DNA from: Octopus sinensis
Lineage: Eukaryota
Assembly (NCBI RefSeq): GCF_006345805.1
Contig: NC_043008.1
Location: 68,076,001-68,140,000, forward strand
Reading direction: 5' to 3'
Length of the DNA: 64,000 nucleotides
This document shows positions 1-11,764 of this stretch, piece by piece. Both the position numbers and the translations under genes were made by a program. Numbering within the stretch: position 1 is the stretch's first letter; each line of letters begins with the position of its first letter. The notes beneath the pieces were generated by a model. It saw only the letters and a list, made by a program, of their open reading frames with translations, ran no database searches and had not been told where the DNA came from.

Positions 1-677
1 ATATATAACAGACTGGAATTGTTAGCCCATCTCTTGTAATTTCGATCAATTGTATCTTGTCCTCCCTCTTGTATAGAAGTGTGGCTACAATCCAGCCTAC
101 CTCTACTTCTGGGGGGGATGGACTTTTTAAATTTTTTTCCAGGACGTCCTGCGTCCTAGATATAAGGGTAAAAATAAAATATTTCCACTCTGCCAGTTCG
201 AGTCGAGTACTCCCTTGCACGCTCTGTTGACTCGAACCTTGCTTCTATTGTGGCGAATTTACCGCCTCTGATTAGATACCTTTCATAGTCGCACCAAGAC
301 ACTTTTCGAAGGTGCTTTCCTCCATGTGTTCAAATCTTCTTTTTTCTCTACATTGTATACTTTATAGACAATAGTCTTTTCTTTAATATAATTTTTTATT
401 ATCCATATGGACTATTCCATTTCTGCATGCTAATTTTATTTTTAATTCATTCCCATTCATGTGAAACCACTTATTCAAGTTGAAATCATTGATGCAATTT
501 TATACCAATTCCTATTTTTACTTTTGTTATGTTACGATTATATTATACTTTAGTTTGATTTTAATTATTACTTACTACATATAATTCAATTGCTATTATC
601 ATTTTTATTGTTAAAGTGAAAGTATCTGACATAAAATAGAGAAACATTTTGTTTCACTTTTAACACATAATACTGAA

Positions 678-937
678 ATAGTGGAGAAGATATGATATTG
701 CTATGGGCTCGCTCTAGGCAAGAAGTTGAACATTTTTTTGCCCATGAAACTACATGGACCCTAAGTAAGGCATGTTTAAAATTTGAATAGAATTTGTTGT
801 GTAGTTCTCAAGTTTTAGGGAATCGTAATGGAGAAGATATGATATTGCTGTGGGCTCGCCCTAGGCAAAAAGTTCTCAAGTTTTAGGGAAACACACAGAC
901 AGACAGACACACATTCTCAGTTTTATATATATAAAGA
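678..937 (-). mobile_element. Non-autonomous Helitron-like element
   Basis: Minus strand begins A|TCTTTATATATATAAAACTGAG followed by (CTGT)n and ends CCACTAT|T (degenerate CTRR) with no TSD. It carries internal direct repeats at about 683-725 and 830-872. Confidence 0.55.
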
Positions 938-1371
938 TTGCTTTCTCACTGTTAAAAAAATATTATGAGATGGAGTAGAATTAACAACCAAAATTCAATT
1001 GCCAGGAATGATGCAAGTGAATTAGAAAACCAAATCTTAGCGATGTGCTTGGATTAATAATGGTTTCACATTTTCGCACAAGGCCAGCAATTTTGGAGGA
1101 GGGGTAAGTCTGGTAAATCAATTACATCAACCCCACTGTTCAACTGGTAATTATTTTATAGACCCTGAAAGGATGGAGAGCAAAGCTAACTTCAGTGGAA
1201 TTTGAACTCAGATCATAAAGATAGATGAAATACCATGAAGCATTTTGCCTGATGTGCTAATGATTTTGCAAGCTCACTGCTTTCATTAGGGTTAATAATA
1301 AGACTTGTTTCTAAGATAGGTAAATAGAGGCATATCTTAAGAGAAAGACATAATTGATTTGATTGACTCCA

Positions 1372-2054
1372 GTAACAGAAGCTATCAACTACTTCTAGTT
1401 TTCCCCTCAGGCATGTGATGGAATCTATTTTCTGTACGTTTTTGTTGTTTATTGTACCTGTGCACCTTCCACGCACAAAAGCTATCTTCCTGTTAACTTT
1501 CCTCTGATATTGCTGCACCTCTTATGTGTCCATAGCTTACACCAGGTACATCTTATGGAGTTTCTACCTACACCTTTTCTACAGATTAAGCAGAGCTATC
1601 TACCTGAAGGGATTTGCGATTTGTCCACCTTCCTACTTTTGTTTTTTACTAGTTTAACTCTAGGCTCTTTGATTCCTAACCGTGCTTCCACACCTGAAAC
1701 TTCTTAAATGACAGGCTTTTCATTTTCCATCTACCAAATCCACTCACAAGGCTTTGATCAGCCCAAGGCTATAGTAGAAAACACTTACCAAAGGTGCCAT
1801 GCAGTGGGACTGAACCTAGAACCATGTGGTTGGGAAGCAAGCTTCTAATAACAGAGCCATGCCTCCACCTTTTAAATAGTATCTCACTATTTCTGTGACT
1901 CTGAAGTATTTCAGTGATAATTTTTTATATATATTTATTAGCCTATTGAATTATTAATGAATTTATCAAAAGCATGGCAGTGAGGTGAAGATATTCATTT
2001 CATAACCACATTTTGGGGGATTCAGTCCCACTTTGGGTAACTTGGGCAATTTTC
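1372..2054 (+). repeat. ~680-bp near-identical direct duplication, copy 1 (derived copy)
   Basis: Matches 5670-6354 apart from a few 1-bp indels. It contains an RTE fragment, unique DNA and a cut SINE head. Confidence 0.95.
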
Positions 2055-3344
2055 TGGTCCTTTTTCTTAGCAACCTCAGGTGGATTTGAACCTAGAATAT
2101 AAAGTAAGAGAAATAAATACAGCAAAACATTTAAACTGTCACTGTACTCATCACTGTACTCATCACTGTACTCATTGAACCATCTCCAACACTAAAAATT
2201 TTTTTTTTAAATACATAAAAATAATGGTCTTAAATTTTGGCGTAACGTCAGCAATTTGAAGGGAGGGGGTTATTCAATACCATTGGCCCAACACTTCACT
2301 GGTACTTTATTCTATTGACTCCTAAGGATGAAAGGCAAAATTAACCTCTGCAGGATTTCAACTCAAAATGTAAAGAACCAGAACTGATAACACAAGGTAT
2401 TTTTTCCAACGCCCTAACAATTCTACCAGTTTCCCCAATTGTACTGGTTTCAGCCAATAATTTTAGCGAGAGAGTGTTAGTCAAGGTAATCAGCTTAAGT
2501 TCTCAACATGTACAGAATTTTACCGATTCGGAGAGAAAAGCAAATTTATTTTCAGCGAGATTTGAATTCTGAATATAATGATCTGAAAGAAATGTTGCTC
2601 AGCATTTTGTTCGACACGCTAACGATTCTGCCAGCTTGCCACCTAAATTCACCAAATAATAATGTTTGTAGCATGTATTGTGTTTTCGTCGTGCACAATT
2701 ACTTTGAGGACTCAGAAAAAATAACTACAGTTACCTCCCTTATATCGCATAATGGGTTTACAATTTATAACAAGGGAGACTACTCATCTAGAGAAAATGT
2801 TTTGTTGAGTTATGTCCCATTATTCGCTATCTCTCTCTCTGGCAGATATTTCTGAAGATTGTTTTTCCGGGGGACAACAAAGAAAAGTGATTTTAAACTC
2901 ACCCTAAGTATACTGTTATGTTATGTATTTGATGAATATAAGATTATTTCTTCATTTCTATGTTATTTTGGAATTAGTGACCAAATTCTCTTGCGAAAAA
3001 ACAACCAGTTGTTTGCAGAATCAATTGGAATTTATAATTTAATTGAATAAGTCAAAAAGCAAGCCGAATCAAAGTTTTAACGAATAGAATTATTTATCTT
3101 TTATATTTCGCTTGTTTCAGTTATTTGACTGCGACCATACTGGAGCACCATCTCGAAGAATTTTTTGTTGAATAAATCGATCCCTGAATTTCTTTTCTTT
3201 TTTTTTAACCCGGTACTTATTCTATCAATCACTCTTTGCCAAAACTGCTAATTTACGGGGACGTAAACAAACCAACACCGGTTGTCAAGTAGTGGTGGGG
3301 AACAAACACTCGCACGCGCGCACATACACACATACGTATCATCA

Positions 3345-4507
3345 TCATCATTATTGTTTAACGTCTGCTTTCCATTCTGGCATTGTTGGACGGTTTGACT
3401 GAAAACTGGTAAACTGGGGAGCTGCCCCAGGTTCCAATCTGATTTGACAGGGTTTCTACAGCTGGATGCCCTTCCTAATGCCAACCACTCCGAGAGTGCA
3501 GTGGGTGCTTTTTACGTGCCACCAGTATGGGTGCCATTGACCTGACACCAGCATCGGCCACAACTACAGTCTCACTTGGCTTGACAGGTCAACACAAACA
3601 TGGTATATCACCAAGGGTCTCACTCACCTGTCACTGTCTCCATGAGGCCCAACACTCGAATGGTACTTCTTACATACCACTGGTATGGGTTCCAGTCAGA
3701 CAGTACTGGCATCAGCCACGACTACGATTTCATTTGGTTCAACAAGTCTTCACAAGCACTGTATGTCACCCAACGATTGAAGGGTGCTTTTAACGGGCCA
3801 GTTATGCAACACTGGCATCGACCACAGCTACAATCTCATTCGGCTTGATGTCACTGTCTCCATGAGGCTTAACGCATGAACAGTGCTCTTTACATGCAAC
3901 CAGCATTGGTGCCAGTCAGGCTGCACTGGCATTGGCCACAACTATGATTTCACTCGGCTCAACAGGTCTTCACAAACACAGCATATCACCCAAAGGTTGA
4001 AGGGTGCTTTTAATGGGCCAGTTAAATGACACTGGCATTGGCCATGACTACAATCTCACTTGGCTTGATGAGTCATAACAACCACAGCGTATCTCCAAAG
4101 GTCTCAGTTGCTTATCATTGCCTTTGTAAGGCTCAACATTTGAAGATCATGTTTCACACATTATTCCATGTATTCCTGGATTTACCTCTTCCACAGGTTC
4201 CTTCCACTGTTAGAGGTTGACACTTCTTCACACAGCTGTCCTCATCCATATACATCACATGACCATACCAGCGCAGTTTCTCTTGCATACCGCATTTAAT
4301 ACTTCTTATGTCCAACTTTTCTCTCAGGACACTTACACTCTTTTGTGCATGCACACTGACATTACACATCCAGTGGAGCATATTAGCTTCATTTCTTACA
4401 AGCCTACGCATATCCTCAGCAGTCACTGCCCATGTTTCACTACCTTGTAACATGGCTGTTCACACACACGCATCATACAGTCTGCCTTTCACTCTGAGCG
4501 ACAAGCC
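3345..4507 (-). mobile_element. RTE-clade LINE, 3' end (ORF2 C-terminus, repeat-rich 3'UTR, (GAT)n tail)
   Basis: ORF 4154-4453 reads GSETW...LRWYGHV...GRGKSRNTW, typical of an RTE C-terminus. The 3'UTR has tandem units and ends in a GAT-repeat tail at about 3345. Confidence 0.85.
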
Positions 4508-5569
4508 TGTAGAACGACCGTGCAAAAGGAGAGGTAACGAATGAATTACTCCTTTAAACACCACACGGTCACCTTACAATAAAACCCAAAATATGGATAA
4601 ATGAATACAAGTGCCAGAAAGGAAAAAAGAAGACAACACAATTGGAGAATGTAAGAGAAAGGTGTTATTTAGATGTTAGCAGAGTGTATCTGTGTGTGCG
4701 ACATAAGTACATACATAATAATAATAGACAGGCCGTCATGCATACAATAATGTGTATGTGTGTTAGCTGAGTGTGTCTGTGTGTGCACCATAAGTACATA
4801 TATAATAAGAAAAATAATAGACAGGCCGTCAAACATACATAATGTGTATGTGTGTACAGATAAAATACAGAGCATAGAAAGAGTGAACAATAGGACACTA
4901 GATGAATGTTCAGACTCAAGATGAAGATAAATACCAGTTCGTAGTAAGGTGCGCAATAGTAGAAGTTCTGTAACAAAGAAGTTGAGGCGACAATTGCATA
5001 GCCTGTTGAACACATGTCGTGTAAGCAGTTGTGGCTTCTATACTGTGCCAGGTTTGTTGGTACAGAGGGTACTTACAGGTTGAGCTTACTGTTAACCATG
5101 GTGAAGTATTCACAAACAGTGAGAAGTTAAACCTAAGCGAATGTTGCTGTTGGCGTAGTTAAGATGAAGGTGACAGTGGTGGAGACGATGTTAAGATGAT
5201 GGCGACAGTGGTGGAGATCCAGAAATGCTGTTAGTGTAGTCTGTCACTGGAACTGACTGTGTCACTCTGTGGTCAGTGGTCTAGAACCAAATACGCAATA
5301 CATTTTGTTGATCTAGCTTTTATAGAGATTAGGAGGCTCCAGCAGAGAATTTAGAAACTGTGTTACGGGACCTTATCAGAAGGCTGCGATTGATTGGGTT
5401 GCACTTTGGCACGTAATAGAGCAAGAGACAAACTGCGCCAATACCAACCAATCAGAGTAGTGGACACAACAGGGCCCAAGCAGCCGAAAGTTAGCTGTTA
5501 TCTGCTATGTCCGTATTTATGTTATATATGTCAGAGAGAGAGAATGAATTTCACTAAGCATCCATTACA
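4508..5569 (-). mobile_element. Solo LTR (probably Gypsy-type) inserted into the RTE LINE
   Basis: Termini are TGTA...TACA with a 4-bp TSD AGCC (4504-4507 and 5570-5573). Removing it restores the RTE frame ELL-TKGLSLRVKGRLYDACV. TATAAAAG lies on the minus strand at 5317-5324, and there is an internal ~90-bp tandem duplication at about 4675-4855. Confidence 0.8.
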
Positions 5570-6005
5570 AGCCCTTTGTTAGGAGCTCTCTGTACTTTTC
5601 CCAGCTTATTCTTATTCTAGCAGTTATGATCTCGGAGCATCCACCCCTGCTACTGACTTGGTCACCTAGGTAACAGAAGCTATCAACTACTTCTAGTTTT
5701 CCCCTCAGGCATGTGATGGAATCTATTTTCTGTACGTTTTTGTTGTTTATTGTACCTGTGCACCTTCCACGCACAAAAGCTATCTTCCCTGTTAACTTTC
5801 CTCTGATATTGCTGCACCTCTTATGTGTCCATAGCTTACACCAGGTACATCTTATGGAGTTTCTACCTACACCTTTTCTACAGATTAAGCAGAGCTATCT
5901 ACCTGAAGGGATTTGCGATTTGTCCACCTTCCTACTTTTGTTTTTTACTAGTTTAACTCTAAGGCTCTTTGATTCCTAACCGTGCTTCCACACCTGAAAC
6001 TTCTT
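5570..6005 (-). mobile_element. RTE-clade LINE ORF2 fragment (late RT region with embedded PHD-like finger)
   Basis: Translates as CLICRKGVGRNSIRCTWCKLWTHKRCSNIRGKLTGKIAFVRGRC...LEVVDSFCYLGD...ARIRISWEKYRELL. Confidence 0.85.
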
Positions 6006-6354
6006 AAATGACAGGCTTTTCATTTTCCATCTACCAAATCCACTCACAAGGCTTTGATCAGCCCAAGGCTATAGTAGAAAACACTTACCAAAGGTGCCAT
6101 GCAGTGGGACTGAACCTAGAACCATGTGGTTGGGAAGCAAGCTTCTAATAACAGAGCCATGCCTCCACCTTTTAAATAGTATCTCACTATTTCTGTGACT
6201 CTGAAGTATTTCAGTGATAATTTTTTATATATATTTATTAGCCTATTGAATTATTAATGAATTTATCAAAAGCATGGCAGTGAGGTGAAGATATTCATTT
6301 CATAACCACATTTTGGGGGATTCAGTCCCACTTTGGGTAACTTGGGCAATTTTC
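5670..6354 (+). repeat. ~680-bp near-identical direct duplication, copy 2 (donor)
   Basis: The RTE on the left and the SINE on the right both continue uninterrupted past the ends of this copy. Confidence 0.95.
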
Positions 6355-6420
6355 TTTTCCTATAGTTCCCGACCAGTATTTGGTAAGCACCTTGTGAATG
6401 TATTTGGTAAGCAGAAACTG

Positions 6421-6519
6421 TGAAAGCACCAGTTCTCATCCGATCACCAAAGTTAAGCAACATCGAGCCTAGTTAGTACTTAGATGGATGACCGCTTGGG
6501 AAACCTACGTGCTGTAAGC
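6421..6519 (+). pseudogene. 5'-truncated 5S rRNA retropseudogene
   Basis: TGAAAGCACCAGTTCTCATCCGATCACCAAAGTTAAGCAACATCGAGCCTAGTTAGTACTTAGATGGATGACCGCTTGGGAAACCTACGTGCTGTAAGC aligns by eye to animal 5S rRNA from about position 20 to the end. Box A and box C regions are recognisable, and an A10 run follows. Confidence 0.9.
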
Positions 6520-6536
6520 ATAAGAGGAAAAAAAAA

Positions 6537-6768
6537 ATGGCGAGCTGGCAGAAATGTTAGCATGCCAAGTGAAATGCTTAGCGGTATTTCATCTGCTGCT
6601 ACATTCTGAGTTCAAATTCTGCCAAGGTCGATTTTGCCTTTCATCCTTTCGGGATTGATTAAATAAGTACCAGTTACGCACTGGGGTTGATATAATTGAC
6701 TTAATCCATTTGTCTGTCCTTGTTTGTCCCCACTGTGTGTAGCCCTTGTGGGCAGTAAAGAAATAATA
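6537..6768 (+). mobile_element. tRNA-derived SINE (family A), full length
   Basis: A-box-like TGGCAGAAATGTTAG, B-box GAGTTCAAATTC, central GCCTTTCATCCTTTCGGG...AAGTACCAG domain (Deu/Nin/Meta-type; exact family needs a Dfam search) and an AAAGAAATAA tail. Confidence 0.9.
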
Positions 6769-7669
6769 AAACTGTGAAGAGGCCAGTCAAATATGTGTGT
6801 GCATTTCTTTGTGTCTCTCTCCAGCACCTGGCAACTAATGTTGGTTTGTTTACATCCCCCGTAACCTAGCAGTTCAGCAAAAGGAACTGATAAAATAAGT
6901 AACAGACTTTTTTAAAAAATAAATATTGAGGTCAATTTGATCAACTAAACCCTTGAAGGTGGTACCCCAGCATGACCCACAGTCCAATGACATGAAATAA
7001 TAAAAGAAAGAAAAGATGGGACTAATTAATGGCTTGCTCAAGAGAAAATCTGCCTTGGAAAATATGTGTGCTCCCAGTGACAATTTGTTTTGACAAACTC
7101 CTTCCACAAACTTCATTCCATGCCTGTCTAATCCCCAACAAAATGCAGTTTCAGTGCAGATGAATGCCTATGAAGATGTACAAAAAAATCTGTTTTCCTT
7201 GAGTTCCACAGCTTCACTGAAAGTTACAAATATTCCTTTATTCTTTTATTTTTACTTGTTTCAACCATTTGATTGCAGCCATGCTGGAGCACCACATTAA
7301 AGGGATATTTTTTTCTAGTTGAAGAAATCAACCCTAGGACTTATTCTTTGTAAGCCTAGTACTTATTCCATCATTCTCTTTTGTCGAACCACTAAGTTAC
7401 AGGGATGTAAACACACCAACATTGGTTGTCAAACAATGGTAGGGGGACAAAGACACAAAGATAAATACACATAAATATATATATATACACACACACACAA
7501 ATATACACGCATGCACACACACACACACACATATATATATGATGGGCTTATTTCAGTGTCCATCTACCAAATCCACTCACAAGGCTTTGGTCAGCCCAGA
7601 ACCCGGAAACAAGTGGTTGGGAAGCAAGCTTCTTACCACACAGCCACCTCTGCACCTATGTAAACTTAG

Positions 7670-7935
7670 CAGCTATTGAAGCAATATGTTTGTGGATGGT
7701 TCTTGGGTTGGATGTGATTGCTGAAGAAGGATCAATAACTGCTCAAATATGCATATACGCCTTAATATTAATTTTTCTATCTTTGATTGCCTTGTTGACA
7801 CAGATATATTTGTAAACAAAACACTGTAACTATCAGTGTTGGATCTAAATTCTATTGAAAATCTATAGAGATAACTTACAAGTGATTCAATCACACAAAA
7901 GTAGGACAGAGTATTGACTTACAAACCTTTGATAT
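7670..7935 (+). mobile_element. Penelope-type pseudo-LTR fragment with hammerhead remnant (7716-7761)
   Basis: Homologous to 9186-9430. Contains CTGAAGA-AGGAT-caataa-CTGCT-CAAA-TATGCATAT-A, with a palindromic stem III and G12 mutated. Confidence 0.6.
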
Positions 7936-8024
7936 ACATGGTAGTATATTATGGTTGTTAAACAAAATGTAGTGTCCCTACCAGCAATTAATATGCATGT
8001 ACCAGCTGCCATGAATATGTTTGA

Positions 8025-8695
8025 CCCTTTAGTCTTCAGGTTGTTCTGTCAAATTTAATGCCTTTTCATTCACATTGTATTTAATTAACCATGCATTACT
8101 CTTTACTCACTTTTACTCTTTTACTTGCTTCAGTCATTTTGACTGTGGCCGTGCTGGAGCACCACCTTTAAACGAGCAAATCGACCCCATGACTTATTCT
8201 TTGTAAGCCTAGTATTTATTCTATCAGTCTCTGTTGCCGAACCACTAAGTTACGGGGACGTAAACACACCAGCATCAGTTGTCAAGCGATGTTGGGGGAA
8301 CAAACACAAAGACAAACATATACACACACACAAATATATATATATGTATACATATACATGACGAACTTCTTTCAGTTTCTGTCTACCAAATCCATTCACA
8401 AGGCTTTGGTCGGCCCGAGGCTATAGTAGAAGACACTTGCCCAAGGTGCCATGCAGTGGGACTGAACCCAGAACCATGTGGTTGGTAAGCAAGCTACTTA
8501 CCACACAGCCACTCCTGCACCTACATACAGCCACTCCTACGCCTACATATCACATAGCTTTGAAATTTTGATGATGTGATTGTATATCTTTAGAATAGCA
8601 TTGAAGGGAAGATATGATAGGCTGGATCTGGCTGGCTAGAACATAAAACAGGTAGCATATTTGGGTCAAATATGGCCAGATTAAATGCTAAAGAG
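8025..8695 (+). mobile_element. TTAA-flanked MITE (piggyBac-like) interrupted by a minus-strand family B SINE (~8100-8520)
   Basis: CCCTTTAG...CTAAAGAG termini with TTGA/TTAA flanks. Same family as 33607-33826 and 52282-52511. Confidence 0.7.
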
Positions 8696-8739
8696 TTAAT
8701 ATGCAAATTTATCTCCCCAATAGTGTTGCTAAACTTAGT

Positions 8740-9430
8740 TGCTATTGAAGTGTAGTGATGCCATTTTGGAAGTCTTCAACATGCATGCGCAGAGTTGGAT
8801 TCTTCCGGGTGGCCTGCTGGAAGTTCCCTCATGCACATGCGCAGAAAACTAGCAGCAGCAAAATTTCCCATGTATCGCTCTCTTGTACGCTGACAGTCAA
8901 ACAGGATGGTCGTATTTTTAACAGCTCTCTCAAACTGCCACTTCATGGCGTTGCTACACTATGCTTGAATGGACAGGATTTGGCTCACTCCACTTGACTA
9001 CTGTGACTAGCTCCTAGGCTATCGATTCGCCCTGAAGAAGAAAGTATATATTGCGAATCCAGAAATAAAATATTTATGCTGTTGAAGATATTCGGAAGTC
9101 TTGGCTTTTCTTTCGATTAATAATTTAATGTAAGGGATGAGAGCTGCACCATCCAGTGTTACAGACCTTTCATCCATGTTACAGAAGCAATGTGTTTGCG
9201 GATGGCTAATGGTTTGGATGTGGTGTTGAAGAAGGAGCAATAACTCCTGAAATATGCAAATACACTCATTACCAATTTTTCTATCTTCAATCGCATTGTT
9301 TACAAAGAAATATTCATACACGAAACATCGTAACTGGCTCTAAGTCCTACAGAATATCTCTAAAGATAACTTGTAAGTGATTGACTCACACAAAAGTGGG
9401 ATACAGTATTGACTTATAAACCTTCAATAT
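8740..9430 (+). mobile_element. Tandem Penelope-type pseudo-LTR fragments with hammerhead remnant (9222-9266)
   Basis: GGTG-TTGAAGA-AGGAG-caataa-CTCCT-GAAA-TATGCAAAT-A-CACT has a perfect 5-bp stem II and C3 changed to T. A weaker CTGAAGA motif lies at 9032. Confidence 0.6.
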
Positions 9431-9658
9431 ACTTTGTTTTATATTAAAGGTTTTATGAGTCAATACTTTAATATTCTTGGAGGGGGCTAGTCAGTAACAT
9501 CAACCTCAGTACATGACTGGTATTTATTTTACTGACCCCGAATGGATGAAAGGCAAAGATGATCTCAGTGGAATCTGAACTCTGAATGTAAAGACAGGTG
9601 AAATACCACTAAGCATTTTGTCTGGCATGATAACAATTCTGCCAGCTCACCATATTGA

Positions 9659-9660
9659 TG

Positions 9661-9696
<36 letters not shown>

Positions 9697-9780
9697 GAAG
9701 AAGAAGAAGAAGAAGAAGAAGAAGAAGAAGAAGAAGAAGAAGAAGAAGAAGAAGAAGAAGAGAAGAAGAAGAAGAAGAAG

Positions 9781-9815
<35 letters not shown>
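9659..9815. repeat. Compound microsatellite (AAT)n(AGA)n(AAC)n
   Basis: Directly visible; it explains the poly-N/R/E/Q ORFs in the track. Confidence 0.98.
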
Positions 9816-9816
<1 letters not shown>

Positions 9817-10059
9817 TCTTTCTAATAAAGGCCTGAATTTTTTGGGGAAGGGACTAGTTGATTACATCAACCCCAGTACTCAATTAGTACTTATTTTAGG
9901 ATGAAAGGATGAAAGGCAAAGTTGACCCTGATGGAATTTGAACTCAGAATGTAATGATGGACAAAATGCTTAACAGCATTTTGTCCAGCATGCTATCGAT
10001 TCTGCCCAATGTACTAACAATTCTGCCAGCTCGCCACCTTGATGATGACAATGATATTG

Positions 10060-11460
10060 AGTGGCAGACAGAATTAGAGGTAAATGAGATCACAAGAAAA
10101 CTAAAAAAGAAATACCCAAGAAGTAGAACAGCCAACAACACAAACCAGGATGAAGCAAGATGCATAAATAATAGAGTTCAAGCCAAAGAAGAGCCTACAA
10201 CAAAAAATGATAGCACTGCCAATCAGGAAGGGAAAACTGACACCAGTGAATTAAGTGAGGAAGGTCAGATTTTAGGGAAGTTGAAGGAAGTAATGAGTAA
10301 AGACGAAAGAAAATGATTACCAGTATTAAAAGTTGCTAGATATTACCAAGAAAGTAGATTCTGTTATCAGTAGGATAGGTACTAAAACTACAAGTGACAC
10401 TAGCTTATTGATTTATGCAGGAGGGGTAGTAGTTATTAGCAGACTAGGTATTACTCAAGGAATGAACAGGAAGGAGCAGATGTGGAAAGGAAGATTAGAA
10501 AATAAAGTGGAGACTTCAAGACAAGATTTGAGTAGGATAGAAGCCTAGAAACAAGACAGGTTAGGGAATACAAGATTTCAATCTTCCTTTGAGAAAAAGT
10601 ACTTAGCCAAAGAGAAAGAGTTTGGGATAGTCATAGAAAAGCTGAAACAGCACATCATAGCAATAGCAGGTAAGCTTTCCAGATATCAGAAAAGAAAAGC
10701 TCAGTATCAACAAAACAAATTGTATGAGACAGACCAAAGATTTTATCACCAAATGAATACTGTAGAAGAAACTACTGAAGATGAGAAGCCTAATGTAGAA
10801 GAAGCCAGAAAGTTCTGGGGTGATATTTGGGATGGTGATGCAGTATTGTTAAAGAAAGTGAGTAAAGGGGTAGTTAGGGGGAAGCAGCCAGATCTGAAAC
10901 TAACTAGTGCATTAATGAGCAAAGTGTTAGGAAGAGTGCTGAATTGAAAGGGTTCCAGGCCCAGATTTAGTACAAGGGTACTGGTTAAAGAAAAATTAGT
11001 TAAAGAAAAATACATGGGAGACTGAGGGAACAGCTTCAGGATTGCCAGAATGGAGGAATAATACCTGATTTGATGACTAGAGAGAGAACAGTACTTCTTA
11101 TGAAAGATAACAGTAAGAGCAATATAGCCAGTAATTGTAGACCAATTACTTTTTTACCACTAGTGTGGAAGTTGTTAACAGGAATGCTCTCAGAAGCATT
11201 TATGAGCTTCTTGACAGCCAGAAAAACTAAAAGGTTACAGGAAGAAGGCTAAAGGAATGCTTGATTTATTATACTTAGACAAAGCAGAAGTGAAATCTAG
11301 AAAGAAAAATTTAACAATAGCATGGATACATTATAAGAAAGCCTATGACATGATTCCACACACATAGATAAGTTACTGTTAGAGTATATTCGGTATTGCA
11401 GACAACATAAAAGAATAAATTAACTATGAAGAGGCAAAAAGTAGATCTTTACACATCTGA
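10060..11460 (+). mobile_element. R4/Dong-clade non-LTR retrotransposon, N-terminal to early RT part (disrupted)
   Basis: Peptides YETDQRFYHQMN...EEARKFWGDIWD, RTVLLMKD...ASNCRPITFLPLVWKLLTG and IAWIHYKKAYDMIPH (RT motif A region). Confidence 0.85.
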
Positions 11461-11764
11461 TACATCCTTTGGTGTAACCTTGTTAGGACTCAATAATCTG
11501 TTTGTAGATCAAAGACACCCATCCACAAAATAATTCAAGGACAATGGAACCAGGATGAGAGAGAGAGATTAATGTAAATGATAACCCAGATATGGGGGAG
11601 GTGAACATATCCGCTCATTGACATTATATGAACTTTGCAGCAGGAATTCCAGGTCAGTCTTAAACCCACAAGTCAGATGAGTTCCACTAAATTCCATCTT
11701 GTCAAATGTAAAGTAATTTCAAAATGTTGCAGGAAGAGAACATTATTAATATTATTATTGTTTA

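Larger units (their letters stand above)
6277..7015 (+). mobile_element. tRNA-derived SINE (family B) split by a 344-bp insertion
   Basis: Head at 6277-6424 and body/tail at 6769-7015 match other copies in the window (for example 15592-16075). A 10-bp TSD AAACTGTGAA flanks the insertion. Confidence 0.75.

Noticed and set aside
1-370. CpG-rich start of window with GTTCGAGTC/GACTCGAAC inverted repeat
   Set aside because: Truncated by the window edge, with no tRNA fold, ORF or termini to classify it.
2138-2175. 12-bp unit TCACTGTACTCA x3
   Set aside because: Simple local slippage with no further structure.
9028-9062. CTGAAGA...TTGCGAAT possible hammerhead
   Set aside because: Stem II is mismatched, GAAA is altered, and stems I and III are absent; too decayed to count.
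9609-9836. ORFs made of poly-L/F/S/I/N/R/E/Q, and similar ORFs at 21967, 22687, 25235-26112, 35611-35995 and 46383-46862
   Set aside because: They are translations of microsatellites and SINE bodies with no coding signal.
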